A stretch of DNA of 64,000 nt from Trichoplax adhaerens (Eukaryota; Animalia; Placozoa). Position 1 is the stretch's first letter; every line of letters begins with the position of its first letter. The DNA is taken from NCBI RefSeq assembly GCF_000150275.1, contig NW_002060964.1, positions 549,643-613,642 on the forward strand. The letters run 5' to 3'. Below, piece after piece: positions 14,403-26,675 of this stretch. The position numbers were made by a program, and so were the translations under genes. Under the pieces are notes generated by a model. The model saw nothing but the letters and a program-made list of their open reading frames with translations, was not told the origin of the DNA and ran no database searches.

Positions 14403-17400
14403 ATGGCGACTAAACTGGGACTCATTTTTTTGATCATTTGTGGTGAGAAAATATACTATCATGTAATTCAATCCAATCAGTGCAGTTATACGCTAGCTTT
14501 AAATCAATCCTCTTCTATTGTTTGATAAGTTGCATAAAACCGACAAGGATGGAATACTCTTAGTAATATAGTAGACAAAAGTGATTCCCTTCTAGCGTTC
14601 GATAATTGATATATATGTAATAAAGTAGAGAAAAAGTGATACTCTTCTAGTTTTTGACTGTTTATATCCTCTCGTTGTTGATAATTCATATTACTGAAAT
14701 AGTAACATAGTCGAGAAAAAGTGAATTTTTTCTAGTTGTCGATGATTACATGTAATGTAGTAGAAGAAAGATTTTCTTCTTCTTTTCGATAGCCGAAATG
14801 GATATATATAATACGGTAGATAACAGTGATTCTCTTGTAGTTTTCGATAAATGATATGGATACTATATACGTACACGGTAGACAGAAGTGATTGTCTTTC
14901 CAGTTTTTGATTATTAATTGATATGGATGTAGTATGGTAGGGAAAAGTGATTCTCTTCGAATTTTCGATAATTGATATGGACTTAATAAGGTAGAGAAAA
15001 ATGATTCTCTACTAGTTTACGATCATTAATTAATTAGTATACTGTAGATACAATAAGTAGATAAAGGGGATTCTCTGCTAGTTTTCACTAATTGATATGG
15101 ACGTAATATAGTAGATAAAAGGGATTCTCAAGTAGATGAAAAAGATTCTCTTCTAGTTTTCGATGATTGATATAGATATAATAAGGTAGATAATTAATGA
15201 GTCATATAGTAGCAGGAAAAAGCGAATCTTTTCTAGTTTTGGATAATTGTTAAGAATGTAGTTAATATAGTCCGGAAAAAGTGATACTCTTGTAGATTTT
15301 GATAATTACTGCATATGAATAGAATGGTAATATAGTAGAGAAGAGCAATTCTCTTCTAGTTTTTGAAATTAAATTGGATGAAATAGTAATAGAGTAGAGA
15401 AAAAGTGGGTGAAACTTTGTTTCTTTGGAGATGATATGGGATAGACGAACGTTGCAAAGAGGTAATTTGTAACATTGACATGGAAATTTTCTTCTACAGC
15501 TTGTAGCCTCCTTGAAGCCAAGCAAATTCTTTCTAACCAAAATTCGGTAATTAAAATTCGATCTTACCATTACTGACAATAGATTTAACGAAAGATTTTC
15601 AGGAGGCTTTCATCGATTCCTTCTGAGAAATAAATTAGCAGCGGTATAGAAAGTTAAAAGTATTTTGAATCCCATTTAAACGGCCACTATGAACTGTTTT
15701 CTACCGTATTCTTCCTAACGATGCGTGTCGAAAATGTAAAAGTAGTCATGGCTATTGCTGTATTATATCATTCTTTTCTCAATTTGATATACTGTAGTTG
15801 AACTCGCAGTAAAATAGCTCCATTAGAGGCCCATGTACTAATTGTTTAATCCTTTCAATCTTTAAAAATAATGATTGATTGCGCTTGATCTTGTCACCAA
15901 TAGTCTCTTTCAAGGCTGCAATAGCCCTCTAGTTCTATCAGTGTGAAAATTGGATGGAAAGGTAATTAGCATCCTAAATTGACAGTGGAAATAGAAAAAG
16001 TTGACTATAGTACGACCATCACTGAAGCCATAGCGTGATAGGCTTACATTTCCTACCACTAGGAGGAGTTGTATCGATTTAGGCCATGGATTACAGCTAG
16101 AACTATTGATTCTATCAATGCCTTGTTTCTTTTACAAAGAGTACCACTAGTAAAACAACTTGTTTAATTCATGACTACATTAACTCAATATTTAGCCATT
16201 TTTAAAATACCAATCCATGATGGATGAGCTCAAAACAAATTATTATTATATCCATCCCCTACAACTACGTTAGATAATGTAGATAGAAAGAATAGCACAA
16301 TAATTCATTGACATCCATTTGGTTAAATTTTAATGACGAAGGTTTGTTCTCTTTGACTCCTAGGAAAGTAATAACTTTAAGTGCGATATATGCAAAAGTG
16401 CCGTGGGGAAATTGATTCAATATATGAACAAGGATAATACTGAGGTAGCTTCATTTTTGCTCTTATCACGATTTAGCTAACGTTGCTTAGCGCTAACTGC
16501 CCAATCCATTCCCGTTGTAATTGGTATACAGAAACAAATTGTTCAATTTTTCAATGGTCTTTGCGCAGCCATCGGTGGCGATACTCAACAAGAGGTAAAT
16601 CACTCAATTAATATGCATTAGCTATATCATCTCGCCGAAAAATCATTGCGGTCTACTCACCATTTTACAGTGCAAGAAGCTTACAAAGCTTGTGCCACTA
16701 TTAATCAAGTATGCTTCAAAAAAATTTGTAAGTAATTACATCTAGACTTTCAGATCAGAGAACTTAATTGGTTGATCTACTTTTTAAATTTACAGTATAT
16801 TCTATTCGTAATGAATTTATCATACCAATTAATCTCTGTTTAGAAATCGGACTAAGTACTGTCTGTACGTTTAGTCCTTTTTGCTCTGCTATAACTTAAA
16901 AGAGTAGTTAGTAGATCATGATGATAGATATAATATTATACTAATCCAAGGCTGTATCGAAATCAGAGCAACTGAGTATGCTAAACTTACTTCCTGCTCA
17001 GCTAAGGCTATAGACCGTAGTATATTGATTATACCAATCCATTTCTGTTTACAAAGCACAGCAAGGATGTGCCTTTAGCGATTTCTATTCTGCTAGAACT
17101 TCAGTTAAGATAGTCATTACGAAATTGAACATACCCAATCGATCTCTGTCTAGTGTAGTCAGGAAAGTGAAGCAAGAATGTGTCTAAAGCAATTTCTGCT
17201 TTGCTAGAGCTTATGTTTAGATAGACATTACGAAATTGATCATACCTAATGGATCTCTGTCTGGTCCAATCTGTAAAGCGCAGCAAGGATGTGTCTTCTG
17301 TAGTTTCTGCTCTGCTAGAACTTAGCTTAAGTTTAGATATTTATTACGGAATTTTATCCTGCTATTAATCGATCTCAGTCGAATTTAGCCTGTTAAGCAG

Positions 17401-20052
17401 AGTAAAGATGCGCCTTCAGTCATTTCTGCTTCGATAGAACTTGCGTTATGATAGTCATTACTAAATTGATCTTATCCATTTGACTGTAGTTTCGAAACCT
17501 GAGCAAATACGCTCTTTTAGCAATTGATAATCTGCCAGAACTTTAGTTAAGATAGCTCAGTATGATAGTTTATTAATCATACCAATCGATTCCTATTTAA
17601 AATAGGTTCCTTTAGCGATTTATAATCATTTAGAGCTTAACTTAAGATAGCATATTACTGTAATTAATCGATCATACCAAACTATCTCTACGTCATATAC
17701 AGAACCCGGAACAATTATGTAAACTGGGCCAGTTATGTTCCACTGGGGATATCGAGGATCAAATCGATCTGCAACAATTATTAGGATCCGATGCCATTCG
17801 ATCTATCTTAGCTTCTGATCAAATTGGGAACATCTTAGCACCAGGTCTTGTGAGTGATGTCAAGCAGCCAGCAAAAACGCTGGCTGGTAGTGCTGTACGT
17901 ATCCCAATATAATTATTCATAGCCCATTAAACTTATTCTTCAATTTTACAGTGGATGGTACCAATATTCCATCATGAGCTATGTTGGATTAATGTTTGTC
18001 ACCTTATCTTATTTAGAATTCCTTAGAATGCATCGTTTGCTCCGTAGTTGTTGATGAAGTCGAACGTTATTTAAGAAATAAAAACACTGAGGTAGTTCGC
18101 ATAGAGCCATCACCTATGTACTAAGAATCTTCAAGGAATAAAATTTGTGTCATCGTTGCTGGTGTTGTTCTATTTCCTTTCTATGTAAATGTAGCAAAAC
18201 ATTATCTCATTTGTGGACCAATTATGCAAATATCTTCCTGGAGATTCTAGTAAAAAGGTAAGTAGTCAATTTGTGTTTCATCCATTAGCCACATTTGAGA
18301 TATTAACCTATGTAATTTGGCCTTGTGCAATATCGAATAAATTTGAATTTACCCTATTCATTGAATTTGGTAGTGCGAAAAGTATGTCAAGCTCTTTGGG
18401 CCTGTAGTCTTGCAAGCTTTATTACAAACTTTGCCAGCCAATAAAGTCTGTGGCTCTTACCTAAACTTCTGCCCGAAATCCTCACTCGATTCTCATGGTA
18501 AGCAACTTGTCAATCAGGATATTGATCGTCAATGCAATCTGTAGTACTTTGCCTTCCTGCCGACTAAATTGATTTCTTTTTAATGTGGCTTTAATCTGTA
18601 GAGATGAGTGTTCCTGCACAACATGTATCTGGGCCGTGCGTTTTCTGTGAAGCTGGAGTGATGTATATTGACGGTCTACTCCGAATAAATCAAACGAAGG
18701 TACTGGCCAAGTCCTTTTTGATATAGCCTGAATGATGCATTGCCTTTCTCTCTATGCTTATTTTACTTTAATAAACACTTTGCTCTATTCTTTTAACTTT
18801 AGACTGATATATACAATGCCTTAGTCAAGCTCTGCAGCGCTGTGCCTTATGGAATGTTACAAGCTGATGTATGTTGTAGAATTCAGATTGCTATTTGAGT
18901 AAGCTATTTCACCTATCTCTACTATCAGTTCGATTCAATGGCTGCATTTTTCGTCAATGGATATTCATTTTAGTGCGATAATTTCGTTGAAAAACATGGA
19001 ACAGCTGCAATCAGGATGATCACTTCCGGTATTGCCCCTCTGGGAGTTTGCAAGGTAATTTTATCCGGAAATCCTAACTCCTCTAAAACATACCAAGGTG
19101 TAACGAAAGTATCTCTCAACGATTCTGTCTAATCTAGTCTAACTAAATCTCATAGAATAATTGTCTCAGATAGATAGAATTTCTAAAAAGGCTTTTGTTG
19201 CAGTATTGAGAATAGTAGTAGAGTAATAATTAACAAGAACAAGAATCGAATCTAAAGTATTCTGCGCTAAAAGAAGCGAAATACACTGAAGTCTACTCTA
19301 AGCTTATCTCTGCAGTTCTTTAATGCGTTTCGTTAAATTTATTAACAGCAGCAAAGTTGCCTACTATCAGACTTGAATCATTAAACAGCAAATTTTTTCT
19401 TAAATAGCTTATATATAAAATAGATTTAATACAAATTGCTTAAATATATCATCAATATGTTTTACAGTACAAATTTAATCCGCTTCAAATATCATTACCC
19501 TTCTATGATTGTCCAATTCCTTAAAGTTGCCAAGCATCTTCACAATTATAGTCCATCGATTCACATCGATCTATTTTACTCTACTTTTAGAAGCGGCTAA
19601 TATTTGTCATCAACAATTTCTAGTATAATAATTAGACATTATGTAATATTTGCATCACGATCATATCTATTTTTAGAAGCTTAACTCTATCAAATAGAGC
19701 TATTAATACAATCAAATAGGAAATGTATCTCTACACATGAATTAACCTTATCTTATTTCAAATAACGACGGATGTAGGAGTTTGACCTCTGTCAAAAGTC
19801 TGAAATGGCACTCCATAAATTGGATGTTTGTCGATTTGGTTATAAATTTTGGTGCGGGAGCAAAACTGCGGCCCTTTACTGCAAGGTATTATTTTATACA
19901 TTAGTTTGATGATGATTGAATTAGTTCATGGTCCATGAATGTTATAAGTATGATCAAATTATCGATGAGCTCTATTTTAGAAATGGCTAATTGCACTTTC
20001 ATTTCTTGTTCAATTTGAATCGCAGAAACAACGTCAGTGTGGTCAATTTTAA
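14403..20052 (+). CDS. Prosaposin/SP-B-like gene, copy 3 (SP-3xSapB-SapA; N-terminal SapA missing)
   Basis: Exon 1 14403-14442 MATKLGLIFLIIC; short exon 2 15500-15546 ACSLLEAKQILSNQNS. SapB exons from about 16364 (CDICKSAVG..), about 18017 (CIVCSVVV..) and about 18602 (CVFCEAGV..NQTK). SapA exon at about 19778-19885 (CRFGYKFWCG); last exon 20026-20052. All junctions are in frame. Confidence 0.88.
14545..15410. repeat. Degenerate minisatellite, about 55-60 bp unit, in intron 1 of saposin copy 3
   Basis: Recurrent gtaatatagtagagaaaaagtgattctcttctagttttcgataattgatatgga, more than 10 copies. Confidence 0.85.
16780..17700. repeat. Degenerate tandem repeat, about 120 bp unit, intronic (saposin copy 3)
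   Basis: Recurrent tctgctagaactt..ttaagatagtcattacgaaattgatcataccaatcgatctctgt. Confidence 0.75.
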
Positions 20053-21994
20053 ATTACTTCTTCTAGTCCTCCTGTACCTAGATTATTCGGTTCGTCCGTC
20101 TTAATGAGAATCTTATGAAGCTCTTTTTTTAAGCCATTTCCGGCTGTTCTTATAACTGATGATAAACTTATTTGTAGCATCTCCCAGTCAAGATAATCCT
20201 ATTTCTACTTAACTACCGAAATCTTTCATGTGCTCAACTGAAGTCTAAATTTGAAATAAATTACTGTCTTAGCATTGACCATTCGAATACGTCCATGTCA
20301 ATTATATAGCAATATTATAACATGTTACCGTATTAGTTAGTTTTCCACAATCGAAAGAACAATTTACATGATACTTCATTTCCTTCACTTTAGCAATGAA
20401 ATTACCATGGAATTATGATATTGAGCCTTCATGAAGTAAAACTAATTGCAATTATTTACAATACCAAATTCTTGGAAAAGTGCTCCAAATACACTTTGAT
20501 AGCATTATTCTTAGAAGGAGATGATACAGCAGTCAATGAGCATTTTTGGCAAACCTCTTGTATGATTAATTTACTTATTCTATTACTCAATCTGTTTACC
20601 ATCACAACTATGAGCTGTCAGTACACCATAGAAAAGCAGTCGTGGCCACTAAGGTAAAATAATTGCTCAATTTTCATATTCAATTCATCACTTTTAGCAT
20701 AAAGCCTCGCATCAAATTGTTACTTGATTTTAATTTGTAGTTGGTAATGAAATAGATAGCAAATAGATCCCTTTTTATTCGAGTTTTCTGTCCCAGAGGA
20801 CGAGTACTGATGCACGGATGGCATCGTTGATTAACAGCGTAAACTTCATGCTTCCAATTATTTTTGGATTTTAATTTATGATTGATAATGGCATATACTG
20901 TACAAGTACTGTAGATCACTTTCTGTTCCATCTGGATAGATGAGAACTGGTGCACAAAATGGAAGTTCGTTTTCTGAAATGCTTCAGATAGGCATTCCTC
21001 CATGGTTTCGGTTAGCTTAGAATACAGTGAAAATACAAAAATTTAGAAAATAAAGGTAAGGTTAACCCATTTTCAAAAGATTTCAAATGTTATCTGTTTA
21101 ATGCTACACGCCAACCGAAAACTGTGGAGAAAAAGTCTGTCTGTAAAATATTTAAAAGAGTAAACTACTCTTATGATGCACGCATGCTGTAGTATGTACA
21201 ACAAACGGATTCCTAACAGTTGCATCTTCCTTTCAGGAAGTATGAGAATTGTCGCATGCAAAGGTAGTTGGTATTTGTGCATGAAATGCTTCAGATAGGC
21301 TATTCTTAATAGTTTCGGTGATATAGAATACAAATAGTAAAGATACAACAATTTGGAGAATAGGGGAGGTTTACCCATTTGCTATGGTTTAAATTTCGTA
21401 TTTGTTTTTTATGCTCTACAAATAGCGAAAATCGCGGAGAGCCTGCCTGAAAATCAGGCTACTCTAAATTGTATGCATGCAATAATTGTTTAATTAACTG
21501 CATGAACTTCATGTTCACCCCGATTATGCGATTGTAATTTATAATTGGTCATAATTATGTACCACAACTGAGTCTCCTTCTATTCTACTTTCTATCTGGT
21601 AGCATGAAGACTGGTGCCTGAATGCCATCGTGGACGAAGTACAGTATAGTTTATATAAATAGTCCATTTTGTTATTTATCCAATACTAGAGGTTTTTCAT
21701 GGATTATCAACAGAAAATCCTAGTATCCAGTTAGTTGATTAATACACCAAAAGCTGTTCGAGCAACATTTCAGGCTGTCTTGTAATGGATAAACCTTTCT
21801 GTTAATCCTTGTGGTGCTTGTAAGGGTCCGTCGAGGGGTCCATAGCAAGGCATCTATCTACAGTAGGTCCTCCTTTCATCTAGCTCTACCACCTTACAGC
21901 CTTAATTAGAATTATCTAATTAATGAAATCTTGATTATCATAGAATAAGACTCATTAATTACAATTATCTAATAATTTAATGAATTCTTAATTA

Positions 21995-22550
21995 TATTAC
22001 AGTACAGTACAGTACTGTACTGTACAGTGTACACTATGTACAGTACTGTACTGTACTGTACTAATCCATCATTCCTGATGGACAGTTGCTACAGCGAATG
22101 ATCCTGTGGGTTTAAACCGTTTAGTACGTACAGCGTCATCCTCTTCTTAGAAATCAACACTAATGTTTTGCGACATTTTGAGAACGAAATTCATCAAAAT
22201 TGTTATGTGTGGAAAGAAGAAGCTCTCATAAACATGCCGTTATAAGAATTGATAGAGCAGAGCTAAGAAAAACTCTACAGTATAGTTTAGTATTGTACTG
22301 TAGCGTACCGTACTGTAATGCAAGGTGATGATCGTCAGGTGACCTTTTGTTCGCTTCATTCTCATGCGAACTCAGTACTGTAGACCTATCAGCGGGGTCC
22401 GGCAGGCAGTGTACTGTACACTGTACTGTACAGTACAGTACAGTACTATACACTGTACAGTAATACCGGACCGAATGACGTCACTATGAGTAGACTACAG
22501 TCCAGGCCCAGGAAAACCGACTGTTCGTACTGTGCACTGTACACTGTACG
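21995..22550. repeat. Palindromic (AGTAC/TGTAC)n blocks upstream of saposin copy 4
   Basis: Self-complementary pentamer tracts at about 21995-22065, 22407-22462 and 22527-22550. Confidence 0.8.
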
Positions 22551-22638
22551 CTAGAATAGCAGTATTATACCAGTAGCGTACTGGTATTGTTCCGGATCGG
22601 ATCGGTACCAATCTCACGTTCAGTGAAGACTGACGTCA
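22476..22638. promoter_or_regulatory. Two perfect CRE palindromes (TGACGTCA) close to the copy-4 start codon
   Basis: TGACGTCA at 22476-22483 and 22631-22638, 46-208 bp upstream of the ATG at 22684. Confidence 0.5.
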
Positions 22639-22683
22639 AATCAACGGCGAGTCCATAACTCGGTAAATCAAAACAATTTGGCC

Positions 22684-25600
22684 ATGGCGTCCAAATTGGC
22701 AACTGTTTTCTTCCTTCTTTCCGGTAAGAAATAGTAAATGATCTAGCGATTAAATCGATTCAATGAAGCTCCACTCCTCTTCAGGGTGTTGTCTTGAAGT
22801 AGTCTGATCATTGATATGGGTGAAATAGTGAGGAGTGGAGCGGAGAAAAGGGGTCGAAAATGCTAACTGAGAATGGTAGAGTAGGCTTGTGTAGGCTGGA
22901 CGACCTTTGTCATGGAGAAGTTGGAACAAATTTTGTAAAATCAATTGACTTGAGGATTGATCTTTTACCATAGTTTGTAGCGTAATCCACGCCAAGCACA
23001 TCCTTGGTGGTCAATCATGTACTTGGGGCCCATCTTATTGGTGCCAATCGGCCAAGACAGCGGTCGAATGTGATGCCTTAGATCACTGTATGAAGAATGT
23101 TTGGAGTAAGAAATTGGTAAGCCAAAATTTAATCTTGTTTTGACTTGTTGTCCATTGCATGCAAGCATCGATCGCTTCTGATAAATCGAGGATAAACTAC
23201 TTTTCATGCTATCCAATCATCTATATTGATACGCCAAAGAGTGTAGACTCTTCCACCAATCATCACTACAATAGAGTACAATTTCTTTTCATCATCTGTG
23301 TCTTTTGATGGAATGACTCTCTACTCCATTCCTGACCATCGTTGTCAGTTCAGTTGGCTAATAAAATAGTTGACAGCGAGAAGAAATTAACCCCTGCCAT
23401 CTTGGGTGTGAAATATCAATGTTGTGTATTCCTACTTGAATAGAAGATTGTATTAACTTCATTTTTCACGCCAGTAAAAGTACGAATTTGACTGTAGACA
23501 AGTTGAAACAGGACGCTCGTTATTCAATGTAGTTTGGACAACTTGCTATTGGACATGAGATTCGATGCTCGACATGTTTTGCCTTAGATCATGTTATTTC
23601 CTATTACCGTCAAGTTCCAAGTTTCAAGGATTATTTTCTCTACCACCCTACATCAAACTATGTGTCGCAAATTTCCTCTCAAATACAGCAACGACCAGTC
23701 TATTTTTCATTTGCTAGTGACTACTGTAGTCTTATTCTACCATATCGCACTCGTATTTTCATGCTAGTCAAATTAGGTCAATGCTTGCTTGAACATTTTC
23801 TGCTAAGTGTATACCAAAATAACATGAATAGAATGATGTATTACTTCATGCCTTAGCAATCAATGGGATGAATGGTGTTTGATTGCAACTATGAAACTCG
23901 TTTTCTTCTATTACTCGTAGAAAAGTAATGGTATAGAATGTGATCTATGCGAAAGTGCCGTGTCAAATTTTATTAAGCATGCCAACTCCAGTGGAGCTCA
24001 GGTACACTTCATTTCGCACTTGCCTACCATTGGCCCACTTTTACTTAGCGCTAACCAAACGGATCCAACTCCGTTCTAATTATTTACAGAAAGAAATTGC
24101 TCAGCTTCTCAATGGTCTTTGTACCGCCATCGGTGGCGAGGCTGAAAAAGGGGTATAAAATGTTGAATTATACTTTTAGCAGTATTATCCTTGCCGGAAA
24201 AGTCTAACTTGATCTTATCATTTTACAGTGCAAGACTTTTGCTACAAAGTATGTACCCCCTTTTATCCAATACGCACTGAAAATGCTTGTAAGTAGTAAT
24301 CAGATATTGTTATCCATCCATAGTTTGAAATGGATGTTACGATGATGATAGTAACGAGTTGATCATACCAATGAATCTTTATAGAAACCAAAGCAACTGT
24401 GTACGTTAGTCAATTTATGCTCCGCTAGCAGTAGTGAGGGTCTAATCAATCTGCAGAACTTATTAGCTCCTGGTGCCATCAGAAACATCTTAACCTCTGG
24501 TAAAATTGAGAGTATTTTAGCTCCGGGTGCTGTGAGAAACGTAAAAACTTCACCTGGCATTGAAAGCATTTTAGCTCCTGGTGCAGCGAGAAACGTAAAA
24601 AAACAACCTAGCATAGAAAGCATTTTAGCCCCTGGTGCTCAGAGAAACGTAAAAGTTCCAGCTAGCATTGAAAACATTTTAGCGCCTGGTGCTGTGAGAA
24701 ATGTCAAACTTCCAGCAAAGACACAAGCTGCCAGTTCCGTAAGTATTAATAATTTACTGTTAATTGGACTTGCGCTTCAATCCAGCACTTTATTGTATAG
24801 AACATTAAAATCGAATAGGAGCTATGTTGAATTGATCTTTTCACACATCTTATTCAGGATTCATTAGAATGCATTGCTTGCTCCGTTATCGTTAGTGAAC
24901 TCGACTCTGCTTTGGGCAATAAAAACACCGAGGTACCCTACATGGAATCACTGTCTCTGTGTTCGAAATAACATTAAAATAATACTTGCTAACACTATTT
25001 TATTCCTTTATACGTATCATGCAGAATAAGATTATCTCATATGCGGATAGCTTATGTAAATATCTTCCTGGTGATCTTAGTACAGAGGTATAGTACATTC
25101 CTATAATTCAACCATGTACGAAATAGCCATGGCAATTTTACCGTAGTCTAACAAGTTTCAATATGATAGTGTCAAAGCTATATCAATCAGTTTGGACCAC
25201 CAATCTTGCAAGCTTTGTTGCAATATTTGCCAGCGGATCAAGTCTGCGCTTACTACTTAAAGCTTTGCCCAAAATCTGTACTTACTAATGATGGTAAGGA
25301 ATTTTCAATTGAACCCTTATTGTAGTAGTAATCTACCTGCTTATGCACTAAATACTTTTCATTTGAACACTACTTATGGCTTCTGTAGACGTTCGTGTCC
25401 CAGCCCCTACACAACTTGTATCCGGCCTATGTGTTTTCTGTGAAACTGGAGTTACATATATTGAAGGCCTGCTCAAGATTAACAAAACTGAGGTACTACT
25501 ACCAAGTCCTTTATGCTGCGTCAATGATTAATTTGCTCTTCTAAGCACATTATTTCGCCTTATTGACTAAATTCCATTTTCGTTCCTTTAGACTGAAATC

Positions 25601-26161
25601 TACGACGCTTTAGTTAACTTGTGCACCGTTGTACCTACTGGAGTATTACGAACTGATGTATGTTGTAGAATTTGACTCGTTGATTAAAATAATATGTACG
25701 ACTGTACGTCTCACTTGTAAATCAGACTAAACCATTGCATTTTCTGCTATTTCAGTGCGACAATTTCGTCGAAAAATACGCAAAAGCTGCTATCAAATTG
25801 GTCAACTCAGACATTGCCCCATCTAGCGTTTGCAAGGTAATTCCGAAGGAAATCTGTACTGCGAGTAATATTCTGCATGCTATACCATTGATTAACCTTA
25901 TTTTGCAATGATAACTATGGATATAGTTGCTTGGTATTTGTAACAGCTCTGAAATGGCAACCAAAAAATTAAATGTATGTCGCATGGGTCCTAAATTTTG
26001 GTGCGGAACCAAAACTGCGGCAGTTTATTGCAAGGTAATTTATTTTACAAACTTGTTTGATGATCAATAACTGCACGATGAAATTCGCTAAGAGATGACT
26101 AACATTGGATTTCTTTTTTCAATTTAAATCACAGAAACAACGTCAATGCGGTAAATCTTGA
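22684..26161 (+). CDS. Prosaposin/SP-B-like gene, copy 4 (SP-SapA-SapB-repeat linker-SapB-SapB-SapA)
   Basis: Exon 1 22684-22723 MASKLATVFFLLS; exon 2 about 22974-23116 SapA (CTWGPSYWCQSAKTAVECDALDHCMKNVW). Three SapB domains (CDLCES.., CIACSV.., CVFCET..NKTE), C-terminal SapA (CRMGPKFWCG), stop TGA ending at 26161. Confidence 0.92.
24451..24720 (+). repeat. Coding tandem repeat, 5 x 54 bp (18 aa; IESILAPGAVRNVKxxxx) in the SapB1-SapB2 linker of copy 4
   Basis: Direct translation: LQNLLAPGAIRNILTSGK IESILAPGAVRNVKTSPG IESILAPGAARNVKKQPS IESILAPGAQRNVKVPAS IENILAPGAVRNVKLPAK. Confidence 0.95.
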
Positions 26162-26675
26162 TTTAGCTTTTAAAGCCTGTTGTACCTAGATTATACTGTA
26201 CTTCATTAATATCTTGTTAATCTATTTTTAAGTAATTTTGATTGTTTCTTGCCGGATATTGTAAGAAATTGTAGCGTGTTATTGTGATAATTCTATTTGC
26301 AAGAAATAAGTTTCACGTACTGTATTTACACCTAAACGTTAAACAACTTATGTATGGTATTCTTACTTTTAGTTTTATATGCGTATGTTAACCACACAAG
26401 TATTTCGTATTATTCACAATAGCTCGCGTTCGATAACTGAAGTAATGCTTAGGTCATGATTCTAATTCCTTCGTTCAATTCTCATACTGTACCTTCATGT
26501 AAAGTGTTTAGAAATGATTACAATAAAAAATTCCTGAAGAAAATCGCACGGACATGCGCTTTAATAGCATAATCTTTCTTAGAACAATATCACTAAATTG
26601 GCATTTTGGCTAACTTTTTACTCGATAATGCATCTGTCTGCTGATAAAATTCCTTTTACCACTTTTTCTATCTAG

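Noticed and set aside
24363-24623. Antisense ORF with APGAK repeats
   Set aside because: It is the reverse complement of the sense-strand linker repeat, whose frame is fixed by the flanking saposin exons.
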